A DNA stretch of 62,596 bases from the NCBI GenBank assembly GCA_000320545.1, contig ADNK01002681.1:1-62596 (forward strand), given 5' to 3'. This document shows positions 25,399 through 41,590 of this stretch, piece by piece. The translations under genes and the position numbers were made by a program. How positions within the stretch are numbered: position 1 is the stretch's first letter; each line of letters begins with the position of its first letter. Below the pieces are notes generated by a model, which was not told the DNA's origin, did not search any database, and was given only the letters and a program-made list of their open reading frames with translations. This DNA comes from Bigelowiella natans CCMP2755. Taxonomy: Eukaryota > Protista > Cercozoa.

Positions 25399-27263
25399 TT
25401 ATGAAGCGTAATGCACGTAAATCCTGCGGAGAACATCAGAAGTGGTGCAGGTGACTAAGCTGAGAAGGACAACACACGAAATAGCTACAGGTATAGCGAG
25501 TGGGCCGAGACAGAATACCACAAAGAACGCTTCAAAAATTATGTGCATTCTCGATCTTAGGCGGATTGGTTGCTGCTGCTGCTGCTGCTGCTGCTGCCTC
25601 TGTTTCTTCTGCCTTGAATGGGACGCTACACCGCGAATTCCGAGGGATTTGTGAAACATCAATGCTGCTGCAAAAGCGTGAAGGACATCCAGGAGCGAGA
25701 GAGCTCCAGCGAACCAGAGATCGCCCAATGATAGCACAAACACCGAGATAAACGATTGCTCGCTATCGAATAGGCTAGAACGCTCAGAGTTAGTAGTTAT
25801 CATTTGTGCCTTTACCGTCGCCTCCATTTCTTTCTGGCTGGGTGCTCGAGAGAGATATGAAGTGATATTGTCCGCAATGGTTTTGCTGCGATTAGGTCCG
25901 GAAAAGTACTGGGGGTTGCAGGAGTATCCTAATGGGAGTCGCGTATCGACCAGATGGTGGTAAAGTAAGGCCTTCTTCACAACAACCTTCTTCCCGTCCT
26001 TGAAAACGCGTAAGCTGTTATTCCCCGTCATAAAGCCTGTCCCGAAGATCACCGAGTCGGCTTGGACGACTCGCCCATCTCTCAGCTTCACGCCGTGCTC
26101 CGTGAGGCCAGCAGCGTAACCACGTATTCTTTTCACCTTTGAAAGAAGCTCCAACTGTGATTTGTCTACCGTGCCGAGATGAAATCGGTCGGCATCCACG
26201 CTGAACCCTGAGGGCGTTGTAATTGACCCAGTAAGCCACAAGCCCAACAGCGACAAAGACGGAAGAAAAGGAGACATGATCATTAGCATGAAGAACGTGA
26301 ACCCTCTCACATAATCGAGCGGGCTGGAGTAGATCAACGTTTCATATTTCATGAAGAGGTACGGCTTCTCATACAACCAGATGACTTCATGATTCTGGCT
26401 GAAAGCGCTGTCTTTACGAATAGGAGTACTGTTATTACTACTAGTCGAAAGAGCAGTAGCAGTAGGAGTCTGATGCTTCTTGACTCCACAATCGGAAGTC
26501 AATTTGGCTAAGCGAACAACTCGTTCCAACGCAGATTGGCTTCCACCTACCACTACCAAGCGGCGCTTATTATTTACGCCGCCATCCAATAGCTCATCAA
26601 CTTTCTCGTCCGATATCTCTTGTGTATGATAAACTCTGCCCTTAAAAGGAGATCTTTTCACAAAATCAGGGACCCAAGGAGAACTTGCGTTTGCGGTCAA
26701 AAGCACGAAATCGAAGCCATGGAATCTTTTCTCGCGTTTTCGCTCATCCGACTTATACTTCCCAAGACCGTGGTGTTTGGACTCCACATTCTCAGCCAAA
26801 AGGTCCGCCTTGCGACTCTTGCTATCATAGTCAACGCCTTTAATATTACAGTTGAAGTGAGCTTTCAGCTGGTGTTCCTCCCGAAATAGCCTTAGGTATG
26901 TGCGCACCTTCGATGTAGAATACGACATTACAAAGAGCTGGTTAGATAGAACACCCCCGCCCTTTCAAACCTCCTCTCTATTTGTGCTAATCCCGTCAGG
27001 CTTTATACCTGCTTTGCGGAGGGTCTAGTCATTGGAGAAAGACCAGCCTTGGCAAGCGGAAATCCGTCGATTTCCATTGCCCAAGCAGGGCCGTGAGTCC
27101 TCATTGCCTCATACGCATTGTCCCGGTGCCATGTTCCCCCAACGTCATCCTCCCTCTCAAATATTTCGACCTCGAAGGATCTTTGCTGGAGCCTAGCAGC
27201 GACCACCAGGCCTGTCCAGCCCGCGCCGACAATGGCAACACGAGGGGCCGTCGGGTTCGACAT
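25399..27263 (-). CDS. Flavin-containing monooxygenase (FMO/BVMO-like), 2 exons (27263-27009; about 26907-25399)
   Basis: FAD Rossmann motif VAIVGAGWTG, FEREDDVGGTW, FMO fingerprint FKGRVYHTQE, second Rossmann motif VVVGGSQSA, and ADSVIFGTGF. One GT-AG intron of about 100 bp joins the two ORFs in frame. Hydrophobic C-terminal segments and a poly-Q tract. Confidence 0.9.
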
Positions 27264-27672
27264 TTTTGCAGCACGGGGGAAAATAGGCATCAAGAGCCGA
27301 TTGGCATTGCTAGATTGTTTGTTCAGGTTAGAAATTACCTTCCATTTTCTCTGTGAATAGAATGACTTGCTCTGGCGCACACTGCTTAACCCTATTCGCT
27401 TATTTTTTACCGTGTCTCTGGGGCATCAAGTAACTCGCATTTAAATATCCCCTTGCGTTGAAGGAATGTGGGTTTTGAGGCAAGTTGTGGGCAGGGGCTT
27501 CAGTCTTATTTTCTTCGGAGAAACATCGTCCTCACTGAACTTTTCCAAAAATACCATAATACATGTGATTTTTCTCTTGAGTCAAGGTGTTTGGTTAGTC
27601 GTATCCTAAAAGGAAGGAATTTTCCGCGCGCGTTTTAAAAGTTTTCTTGTTGTGCATCAAGCAAGAGAAGCT

Positions 27673-27745
27673 GCCCGGTTAGCTCAGTCGGTAGAGCGTA
27701 CGACTTTTAATCGTATGGCCGCGGGTTCAATTCCCGCATCGGGTA
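27673..27745 (+). tRNA. trnK-UUU: tRNA-Lys (anticodon UUU)
   Basis: Acceptor stem GCCCGGT/ATCGGGT, D-arm AGCTCAGTCGGTAGAGC, anticodon arm TACGA-CTTTTAA-TCGTA, T-arm GCGGG-TTCAATT-CCCGC. 73 nt long; a T5 pol III terminator-like run lies about 10 nt downstream. Confidence 0.96.
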
Positions 27746-27991
27746 GAATGAATACTTTTTCCCCAAATTTCGTTGTTTTTGTCACTCTCTTGGGACAATT
27801 TTTATGCAAAGAATAACCGATAAAGGTTGCCAGCTCGGTTCCTCCTCCAGCATCCATGAATTTTGAATTTCATTCAAGTTTCTGATCCACACTCAACCAT
27901 GGAATATCGTAATATTTTAGTAAGGATGGGAAACATCCTCGACAACAATACCCCATCTTCCGGAATGAAATGGTGACATTCACAGCTACGA

Positions 27992-29574
27992 ATGCCAGGG
28001 ATGTCGATGGTTGCAATCCTTCTTCTCTGTGCCTCTGGAATGGTCGGCGGCCTCGCCGGCAGTGATCGTCATAGAGAAGCCCCATATGTAGTGCAAATTG
28101 CTCCTCCTGCTCCTGCTCCTGCTCCTCCTCCCCCTTCTCCTCCTCCTCAACTGTCGAACTTAACGAGATTGTGGGGAGGCTCTATTCTCGAAGGCATCGA
28201 TCATTCCCACCGCCATCTTCTCCCAGCTGCGCCTTCGCACTCTTTCGATCAGGTCGTGGTGAAGTAGACTGGAGGATAGCCACGCTATTGAGAAAGGACG
28301 CGTATGCAGGAAGTGGAGGGGGGGCCGAGAGAGAGAGAGAGAGAAGAGAGAGCGCTTTCAACACCCCATCAACAAAACGGGTTCCGATGCCGCTCTACTT
28401 TGATCAGAAGTATGACCGATGGGCCCAAATGACATTTTCGGACTCGGACGGTAGTTTTCTCCTCTCCTGCAAGATAGTATCTCCACCACACAAGAATGTC
28501 TTAACTCACCGCATTATCACTGAGGGCGCTGGGGAAATATCTCATCATTCTCAGACTCTGATGCCCCGAATCTGGATGAACCAATCCCTCCTGATATTCG
28601 TACGTGAAAAAGAAAGAAAACTGATGTGTCACTGGGGTTTTGAACATTGAAAATGGGACAGAGCCCCAAGGTTCAGTGGTAGTATTGAAGACATGTACGA
28701 ACGATAACTAGGGAAAGCTTTCAGTGAAGCGAGTGGCCTCCAACCTAGAGGGCGAGAGAAAATTGGGAAACGGTCTTATCAAAGCTCAAGTTGGACCCCA
28801 TTGAAGCCGCCTGAGATTGGGGACAGGGTAGCTATTTACAACGGGATATGGGTTGAGCTTAGTACTTCAATTGGAAAATATGTAATTAGAGCCAGCAAAA
28901 CGCGGCTATGATGTTGTTTGCAATAGATGCTGCACAAGAAACTCCAAGAGGAGCGTATGAAGGATCCGAATTATGTTGCTGCAATGGCGCACGTAAGACA
29001 ACCAAGGATCATTTTAAAGAGATAAGATGAATCTTTGTTCTTTCGCCATTTCTCCAACCCCCCTATCCACCCTATCCCCTCCCCGCCCTCCCCTCTCTCT
29101 TCTGTGCGTGTGGGTATGTTGGTCTTTGTTCCCTAAGATGTATAATCTATAGATGGATAAAATCTCAAGTCTTGTGGGCCGCAACAGCAATAAGCCTGGC
29201 AATAAAAAACTGCCGGTTGCATTTTATTACTGTGACACGCAAACTAGCAGAACGTGGAGAATATGCTCGATAGATCCACATCTTAAACGCCCAACCTGCA
29301 TATCATTTACTGTAAAGCGTACAATTACTGCTATCGATGTCAAATGTCTCTCTCATCATGATTGCCCTGTTATTAATGATGTAATCTCCCCCTTTTCTCT
29401 CTTCCCCTCCCTCCTTCTCCCCCTCCCCTCTCCCCCCCTTCTCTTAGTACAAAGTTTGGCATGAAATTAACAGACTTCACAAGTAAGTCACTACAATACC
29501 GAACAGTAGTTATTAGAGGCTGCTATTTTTGGCTGTTGTCGGGCATCAATCTCATAAAGAAAGTCTTGTCAATT

Positions 29575-29609
<35 letters not shown>

Positions 29610-30513
29610 CATACAACGAAGTACTCCTGCACTTTCTTAGGAGGCGAATATGGGAGGAATCCCTGCGACAATACGAGAAGGAAATCTACAACCCTCAAAC
29701 GTAAAAACAGCGAAGACGCAAATAATAAGTATCCTCAGAAACGATAGCAGTTGTATGAAAGCTGTGCTGCGACCACAATGTTGTAAACAAATAGTGCGTG
29801 AATAGCAGCAGTCGATGCACAAAACAGCGGCAGCAGCTCAAGACGAATAAAACGACCTTTAAGGAACGAGAGAAACCGTCGTGGCTTCATATGGAACTTG
29901 ATAAGCGTTGTTTCAGGCGTTCGATGGATGCGATCGTTGGAAGGATGGTTACTATACAGGTAGCGGTGCAAAGCAAAACACAAAAACAAACAAACGATGA
30001 CAATAACAACAACGACAATCGACTTCATCATAAATCACAAAAAAATGCAATTGCAAGATGGATCCATTGCAAACATCATCGGCCTAGAGACCGTGCCGTA
30101 TGCGCCACCCCCGTGCGCATGTTTGCCCATCAATCTCGTAGTCCTTTCTCGTTGAGATGACTGCTAAACCAGAAAAGTAGAAGGCAATCAGATCCTTACA
30201 TCAAATAACAAATATACCATTAAACCTATATCCTGTGCTGCACAAAAGGCACTTTCGTCCTGCCCCCTCCCCCCCCTTCTTCTCCTCTCCTCGAACCAAA
30301 ATGCACGCATGTTTAATTGTGCAAAACGCACACATATGTATTGCGCTGAAACAGAAATTTGCGGAATGGGAAGCCGCGCTGGCGTTGAAAGATGTGTACG
30401 ATGAGACCGTCGGTGTGCAAGTAGACGAGAGACAAAGATACTTGTACGATAACAAGGTCTATAATATACTCATCCACGCCTGTAACAGGGCCCATCCGCA
30501 GGTAATGACCAGC

Positions 30514-30545
<32 letters not shown>

Positions 30546-30834
30546 CGGCTGCTTAGAAACATGGCTCCGATGGAACATTGCCCACATTCAATGAGTGCGA
30601 GACGGGAGGTGGTGTTTGCGCAATGTTTTTTGTGTGTATATTATACCTTAAGCGGATATGATGACGAGTCTGACTCATTCTCTTCTTCTTCTTCTTCTTC
30701 TTCTTCTTCTTCTCCTTGTTCTTATTCCAGGCATGGCGAAAAGCGTTAGAGCTAGCTGAAGAGATGGAGGATCAGATGCTTCGGTAATGATAATGTTTGT
30801 CGTTTTGAATGAAGGGAGTCCCCCCCCCTCCTCT

Positions 30835-30878
<44 letters not shown>

Positions 30879-30940
30879 CATTGCTATAATTGTCGGAGGG
30901 ATGTGTAGTAGAGCATGAGGAGTTGATAAGTAGCAGCGTT

Positions 30941-30978
<38 letters not shown>

Positions 30979-31047
30979 TTTGGCTAAAGGCGAGGAGCTT
31001 TAGTGTATGATGCACAGATCAGAGCCCATGCTTATTCAAAACAGGTG

Positions 31048-31081
<34 letters not shown>

Positions 31082-31106
31082 ATTATTCTATTGTTTTATA
31101 TTGCCA

Positions 31107-31140
<34 letters not shown>

Positions 31141-31989
31141 TGTAGAGAGAGAGAGAGAGAGCATGTCTTCCGCAAATGTACCGATGATCTTGGATATATC
31201 ATTCAGTTGAAATGTACGTGGTGTAGTTCTGGCTATTACATGCTGTCGCTGCTGCCTTTTAATCAACACACGCATAATTACTCTAATGTCTTCTTGATAC
31301 GATGCGCCCAATCTGCATTCATTTTATAGTTATGGCAAATGAACCCATCATTTCATTATATCATCGTCGTCATCACCATCTCATCTCGTTGTAGAAATAC
31401 CCCACCCCCTTTTTCATCGAGCCATACTTCCTCAACTCTGATCTATCTGTGCGGCTGTCTGCTGGAAGTGATTGCTAATGAGCTCGTCGCCTGCCGTTTC
31501 ATTTCCACCTTCGTCTTTTATCAGTGGGAGAAGGCGCTCGCTATCATGGATTTGATTGTGGAAAACACGGTGAGTGAGAAGGAGTATTGAGTAGCAAGAA
31601 CATTCCCTCCTCCTCTTTTTCTGAGAAGGAGGAGATACAGAAGAAAAAGAGAAGTGGATGCGGGGGTGGTGGTGGGGAAAGGGGGGGGGGATTTGAGAAC
31701 GAAACTCCCTCCATCATTGATGAGCCCGGCTGGTGCGGTACGTTCATAATAGGTCAGGCTGGATTTGAGCAATTACCCCTGCTTTATCACGATTCTAAGA
31801 GTGATCAATGACCAGAAGAAGGCGTGGTGAGACCACAAACACTAACTACTGGCGATTCCATCACGCGAGACTATAGTGTTGTGCAAATGAGAAAGGGGCT
31901 CGAAACATTGCTCCCTTCTTTGTGCACCGCGGTTGAAACCAGAAAGCCAGTCGTCGTTTATGATAATTATCTCTTTCCGCACAGACGCA

Positions 31990-32034
<45 letters not shown>

Positions 32035-32314
32035 CCTCCCTCCGTGTGTGTGTGCGTTGCAGGCGCGCGAAAAATCTACTTGAATGGATGGACCGAGTTT
32101 CTGTGCAAGTGAACAGCCAGTAAGTGCTATCACTTTTCGAACGATCACGACGATGACGCGACCTTACAGTGATGCAGCACAGTGCAGCACGTCAAAATCA
32201 GTAGCAATATAGCTGCCAACTCACCACCTAAGGAATCTACCATATTTCACTTGCTAGGGAGTATCATATGGTGGAGCGAGAAACGTACAAAATCATGGTA
32301 ATTATTTTGTATAT

Positions 32315-32353
<39 letters not shown>

Positions 32354-34168
32354 TCTTTTGATATATAGTTGGTTATTGTTTTTGGTAGTGGTGGTAGTTG
32401 GTTAGGCTCCTTTTCATATATAAGAATGATGACGACGATGATGATGATGATGATGATGATGCTAAAATATTCTGACAGATCGATGTGTGATGACGCTGCT
32501 GTTGTTGATATTGTCCTTATTATTGTTTCTCGTAATATATCTTTTGATTGCATTGTTTCTTATTTCCTCTTGCGGTTGGGTCCATACGAAGGATGAATTC
32601 GGTGTGAAACCGGTGCGATTGGATCTCCATAAGGTATGCAGGAAGAGCTTATCACACTGACGGATACGTCTCGGTTATTGTCTGCGTCGAGAGTCCAAAA
32701 GAAGTGTATTGTTCCTTCGTCTATGCTTCCTCTTCGCATTTGTGTGGATTACAATTTGTTTTGGCTCAGTGTGTTGGGGATTGTGTACTGTGTTGGGAGG
32801 ATAAATGCGTTTTGCTTGTCGCGACGTCATCATGAGGATCATTATTATTATTATCATCATCATTGTCCAAACTGCAGGCCTACGGAAACGACTCGTGGAA
32901 ATACCTCCCAAATGGTCGCGCAAGACCGGTGAGAAGAAGACAGAGAGAGTTGAAATCGCTTTTTCCTTTCGCATGTAAAACATCGGTGGTTGTTCTTCCG
33001 AGTGAAATTCGTCCAGGTTTCAGCGACGATGATGGTGTCCATTTTTCATTTAAGATCCTCCCGAACGATCGGTTTACGCATGTACTGTCTTGTCGTTTAT
33101 GATTGAGATTCGTCTTCGTCGTCCCTTCACCAAAACAGAGATTCCGCGTCTTTACAGACGCAGTCTTTCTACGCAACGAATATAACGATATCATCCATGC
33201 CTTCCTTGTTAGTGATGTTCCTTTTATTGGGTTGCGTTTTTTTTAAAAAAATAATACATGCTGCACATATATCCCCAACGGCTGTTCCAAGTGGGTGGTG
33301 TCGTACAAGGATGGGTCGAGGTCAGCCATTCACTCCTATTTCTCGCCCAGAGCACAAAACCATTCATTTTCAAACAACTTTAGCATGTGCTGATGAAGAA
33401 GCTCATGAAACATGCTGTGCTTGATCTGCTTTCCTCCCTTGAACCGATTCTCTCTAAATGCGCGCGTGGCACTTGAGAGCCCCGGATGATTTTACTCTTG
33501 CTTTTCGGAACGTCGTCACTTGTCTTGCTTCAGGTTTTTCCTGCCTGTGCGATCTCGGTTCGAGTACTTCCACTACGACCCGTATAGGTGGTCATTTTCT
33601 CCAAACGAAGAGTTTTATAGATGAGCACAATGTTTGCCAAAGTCGAGCGAATTGATATCGTAGTTTATTTTCCGACGATTTGTCCACAAATTCTAATTAA
33701 ACCTTTCCAACTCTCCCCCTCCTTCCTCTCTCCTCCCCCCCTCCCCCCCTCTCCTTAAATGTTCCACTCTTTTTTTCATAACCACTACTCTAGCGAAGTC
33801 TTTGTTCCTTCAACTGAACGACTTGTGAGGAGGCAGGTAGTATCCGTGCTGAATATAGTTTGTCTGAAAAGTATACTCGAAATGACGGGTATCTTATGTA
33901 GATGTTACGGGACGACGAAGCTCTTCGTTTCACAGCGGAATTGGATGAAAAGCGACAACAGGAAGAAGTAAGCTCTCAATTTTCTCTTTCACTCATACAC
34001 ACCACCTCGCTCTTCCTGATAAGAATTTTGCTCTAAAGTATGCATGGAGCTCGTTGTCACCGAAGATTAATCGTCGGTTTGAATTTACGGGACGTTACTT
34101 TTTTATAGGAAGCGGAGGTTCGCAGTGCAACACGGCCATCTAAACAGTGGGATTGGAGATGGTGGTAG
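27992..34168 (+). CDS. Multi-exon protein with signal-like N-terminus and PPR-like repeat(s)
   Basis: N-terminus MSMVAILLLCASGMVGGLAG. Exon 30355-30501 reads KFAEWEAALALKDVY...NKVYNILIHACNRAHPQ and is followed by WEKALAIMDLIVEN (31526), matching the PPR pattern (YN.LI.AC...WE.AL.I...). Later exons include DEFGVKPVRLD. The last exons splice in frame to ...RQQEE|EAEVRSATRPSKQWDWRWW* (stop at 34168). Confidence 0.55.
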
Positions 34169-34916
34169 CATCAGTCCGCTTGCAGCATCGATATACGCAT
34201 TATTGTGATAGATTAAGGACAATTGCACACATGTCACATGTCTGGCCAGCGGTGGTAGAATCAGTGTGTAACATTGTGAGCCTACGGTACGGAGCACACA
34301 TTGCTGCTGGTCGAGATGTACGTACAGGATGCTGATCATCATGCAATAATGACATGGATCGCGAGTTAAAAATTTTTCCCGCATGTGCAGAATCAACGAT
34401 CGATGCAAATGTTGCAATGTGAGATGTACGTGACGGTTGCAATGAAATGATTGAATCTTTATAATGGTCATCCTAATGCGCGCATCGCAGCTCCATGGCT
34501 ACGCTTGTTTGAAGATGTGTGATGAGAGTAAATCACTACACTGCAACTGTGCATAGGTAATGATGGTGACGGCACACTGACACACTGCGTGCACAGCCCT
34601 ATAGAGCTAGACAGAAATGGCAACTCAATATGCGATTTCACGTCTTGAAGCAAGCGCCAGCATGAGTGTGTCCCCGGAGACGCACGACAATCAAGAAGCG
34701 GAAACGGACCTACTAGACTGTAGATGCAGCACGCTCTAGCGCTAGCTAGCTAGTGAGCACATGCTCCATGTCACATCTGTGATGCAGGTTTTGCATGTCA
34801 TACATGTAGCACATGTGTCGTTCACTGTGGACCGGAGACTAGAAAATAGTGTTTCTGCGTCAGGCAAAATGCAGCTATTCTTTGAATCCAACTGCTTCTA
34901 GAGCTCAGTCAGGCAT

Positions 34917-35402
34917 CTAGGCCCATAGTTCTTTGTATCCAGCTTCGTGTTTCTCATCTTCGATGTCAATGTGCTTCCAGAGCTTGCCACCTTTGAAGAC
35001 CCAAACTTGGTGCCAAGTGATCCCGCCCTCTGGTTTGTACTCTTTGGAACCGCGCTTAATTCCAGAAGCCTCATTCTTGATCGTGATGATTGGACCGCAG
35101 TAATTAACCTCAACCATGAATTTGAGGTCAAGTGCTTGCACTGTGCCCTTGGCGCCAGGGACAAACTTTGCCTTGATGTTTTCCATGTATTCCTTCTTGC
35201 CATTCCAGCTGTGATCCTTGATGCCCATTTTGTCCAAAAGAGAATTTGAAGTGACGATGTCATCACAGATGAAATCGCTTAACTTATCGTAAGCATCCGG
35301 CTTTTCCTTGCCACTCATAACAGCACCCCAAGTGCCGAAGATTGTTTCAAGGCACTTCTTGCTTTCAGCCTCTTGCTTGGTCAGTTCCTTCTTGTCAGAC
35401 AT
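34917..35402 (-). CDS. Intronless 161-aa protein, probable SnoaL/NTF2-like fold
   Basis: Clean ATG ORF with coding-like composition. The pattern DKLSDFICDDIV...WNGKKEY...WHQVWVFKGGKLWKHIDIED resembles SnoaL-like domains (recalled pattern, not searched). Confidence 0.7.
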   Translation of the reverse strand: MSDKKELTKQEAESKKCLETIFGTWGAVMSGKEKPDAYDKLSDFICDDIVTSNSLLDKMGIKDHSWNGKKEYMENIKAKFVPGAKGTVQALDLKFMVEVNYCGPIITIKNEASGIKRGSKEYKPEGGITWHQVWVFKGGKLWKHIDIEDEKHEAGYKELWA

Positions 35403-35819
35403 TTTAAGTGGTGCGTGGGATATGAAATGTGATATCTTCTCGAATCAAACCAAAACTTTTCCGTAAAGCTTGCACGAAAAACACATTTTTGCAGGACATT
35501 TTTGCAAACATTTCCAATTTCAAGTGTGTCGCACGGACGATGATCAGATAGATCGTTGAGGAAAAAAAACTGCGATGTCGGCTAGAGAGAAAAAATCTGG
35601 CTAAATTTGAAGAACGACAAGAAATGAGCTGTCATGTAAAAAAAAAATCGACTCACGGGATTGGAAAAGTTTGCACATTACTCGTAGATCTACAGGCCTG
35701 TAGATCTGTCGTACGTGATTTTAAGATTCGCGAGCGAGGATTAGAAAATTCGAAAAATCCCATTTTTCGTGCAATTTTTCACAAAATGGATGGCATTTGC
35801 ACACTTTTGTGATTCGGAC

Positions 35820-36520
35820 TTACCCTAGTCTAGGTCAGCCTTACCTTAACCCCTAACCCAACCAACCCTAGATCTGATGTTGTGACAGTGGAGTTCCCTA
35901 AATGAACGGCCGAAATGACATCTCGTTGCACTGCATGGCCGAAAACGATTTTCGCGACAAGGCCTGTTTGTTGCACTGCATGGCCGAAAACAATGCTCCG
36001 AACAATTGGCCGACAAATGGGCATTTTGGGTTCCCTTTCGAAGTGTTTTTGCCGGCAGCACATCCCACTTGATCTGTCGCATTTTTTTCCTTCCTTTCCA
36101 ATTTGTCATTTTCTCATCATCGCACTTGATGAAATTGAGGATCAAACTTTTGCTGAATGTTTTCTGCTTGAAATTGTGACCAAATTCAAACAAAAACCAA
36201 CGATCAATTGAGCTCACTAGCTCACATCGACCATTGTCAGCATCTGCTCGTTCCAGATGTCAGCACAGACACCTGCTAGCCTGCACAAACACGCTCGTGA
36301 TGCCCTTCCAACCAAGCAACCCCAGACACCTCACGTCATCGACGTGTCATCCGGTCATCGTCCTTCCCCACGTTTGGTGTTTGGTGGTCAAACAGGTGAT
36401 CGATCCTGTTCCGATGCGTTGCACGCCGTTCGTGTGAGGAGCACGTGGGGTCGACTAGTCGAATTGTGTGACGATTGGAAGTGGTTGTTAGCATGTGCAA
36501 TTGGAATAAATGGAGTGCAC
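35820..36520. mobile_element. Probable non-autonomous DNA-transposon relic: degenerate CCCTAA tract, short direct repeats, TpA-depleted body
   Basis: ccttaccttaacccctaacccaaccaaccctag at about 35839-35871. A 22-bp direct repeat GTTGCACTGCATGGCCGAAAAC at 35925 and 35970, with further GGCCGA units. Only 3 TA (all CTAG) in 35901-36485. No TIR or TSD identified. Confidence 0.4.
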
Positions 36521-36804
36521 GCTAGATACTAGACATGAAACGTGCTACAGATCATCTGGTACGCATGCAAACATGCTGAGACAACAATCCAATGCGTGCA
36601 CCGCGCAGACGCAACAACGAATGAAGTCACATGCCCATGTGCTAGCATGTGCTGTGATGACCAGATGACAAATTAGGACATCATCTCAAGCATGTAGCAG
36701 CTGTAGTAGCTGTAGCAGCAGCACTAGATGAAAATATTGCAGCATGTGCATCGTTGATTCTGCATTGGAAAAATTTTGACCTGTCGATCGGCATCCTTCC
36801 TCGA

Positions 36805-40018
<3,214 letters not shown>

Positions 40019-41590
40019 TGCCGTTTCCAATGTCGGAGTTATCAACCGATCCTCCTGCACAGTATTTCTAAAGTATACAAAGTAAGATAATCATGCTTTT
40101 GTTGGTGCACGCGTGTTTTTGTGCGGGTCCGTGTGTGTAACAGGGCCAAAACGCAAGCTGCTTTGCAAGCTATTGAGTTCTTCTTTGTTCATGGTGCAAT
40201 TACCCTCGCGAAGTTGTAGAAACTTGAAGAGTAGTCGTGATTTATTTATGACCGTTTGTGAAGGTGGCGCCGAGGTAAAGAGTGGGAAACGATTGAGGAG
40301 GAGGAGGAAACACCGACAGCAGAAGGAAAAAACAAAATATGTAAATATAAATATGTGTATATGCACACACAGATATATGTGCATAGTGTCGTTTTTACTG
40401 TGTGCATGTGCACGTGTGTGTTTGTAACGTGGGTTACAAGATATCAACATTCTTAAATTCACATAGTAATGCAGAAACAAACATACACACACACACACAC
40501 ACAAATACTAAAATACACAGCACTACAATTTCCTATACCAACCCTCCTCTGCCCCCACTTTTTATGTGTGTAAAGATAAGGGGATGCAGGTAAGGGATTG
40601 GGCAATACGTACGCGTAGGTCACATCGACGTTGGTGCTTTTGATTCATATAGATTCCCCGATTGATACGGCAAAAACGAAGAGAATTAGCAACCAAAGGC
40701 AATTCACACAGCGATGGTCGATTGTGCATTAGTAAATCGTTGTATGCTATTGTGGAGCTGTTTAAACGGACACAGGAATAGACAGCCGAAGAGAGAGAGG
40801 AAGTGGAAGTCCATCGTGCCAAATTAAAAAGAGCACGTGGCCATCTCATTGATGTACAGTATGCGTGTTTGGGAAAATTACGCGTCGATGGTGAGAAGGG
40901 CGGTGAGCAATAGTCCTGAAGCGCGCATCTAAAACCAGCATAATCCGAATTGTTACCATTAAATCTGCTGCACAATCTAACACTTTTCGATTCCCATGAC
41001 CGCCCCTCCTATCCCTCCGATAAAAAAAAAAGGCACCGCACCTTTCTGGGTTGTGCTGGCGAACAAGCAAATATCCACTTATGGAATTCGACTCTGAGAC
41101 GTTAACGAATAGGAGTTTTATCCTTCGACAACCTTTTTCATGCGCAATTTCGGTCTGCACGCGCTTTTCTGCACCGTCCTCTGCCTCGGAATCATTTCGC
41201 ACAAGCGGTGCCTCAACACCCACGATGCCGACGTCTCACAGGGGATTTCTCTTAAGTTCTGGCTACAGAGGTTGTCGCATGATCAAATTGACGAATGAAA
41301 ACACTTTTGTTGTCGCTAGTGCGAAACTCCACAGTTGTTCCTGATTTGGGAAACCGAGCCTTAATTTCACGCTACAAATCTAAATTGTGTTTACCCGCAT
41401 ATTTTCCATGTCGAACTGTGATTTTACAAGGGTTTTCTTGCATAAATCCTAAGAAAGCTCGGAGTTATCGTGGTTCTCCGTGTTTGCCGCAACACATAGC
41501 GATTTCTTAGTACGATATGAAATTTATCAAGTCGCAAGGTGGAACTATCATGCTTTTTTGGTCGCATATTTTTGCACGTATCTGTCTCAA

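Noticed and set aside
35820-35871. Telomere or chromosome end
   Set aside because: Only a few degenerate CCCTAA/CCCTAG units, with genes on both sides; treated as part of a probable element relic.
35925-35991. CRISPR-like repeat-spacer-repeat
   Set aside because: Only two repeats, a eukaryotic context and no cas genes.
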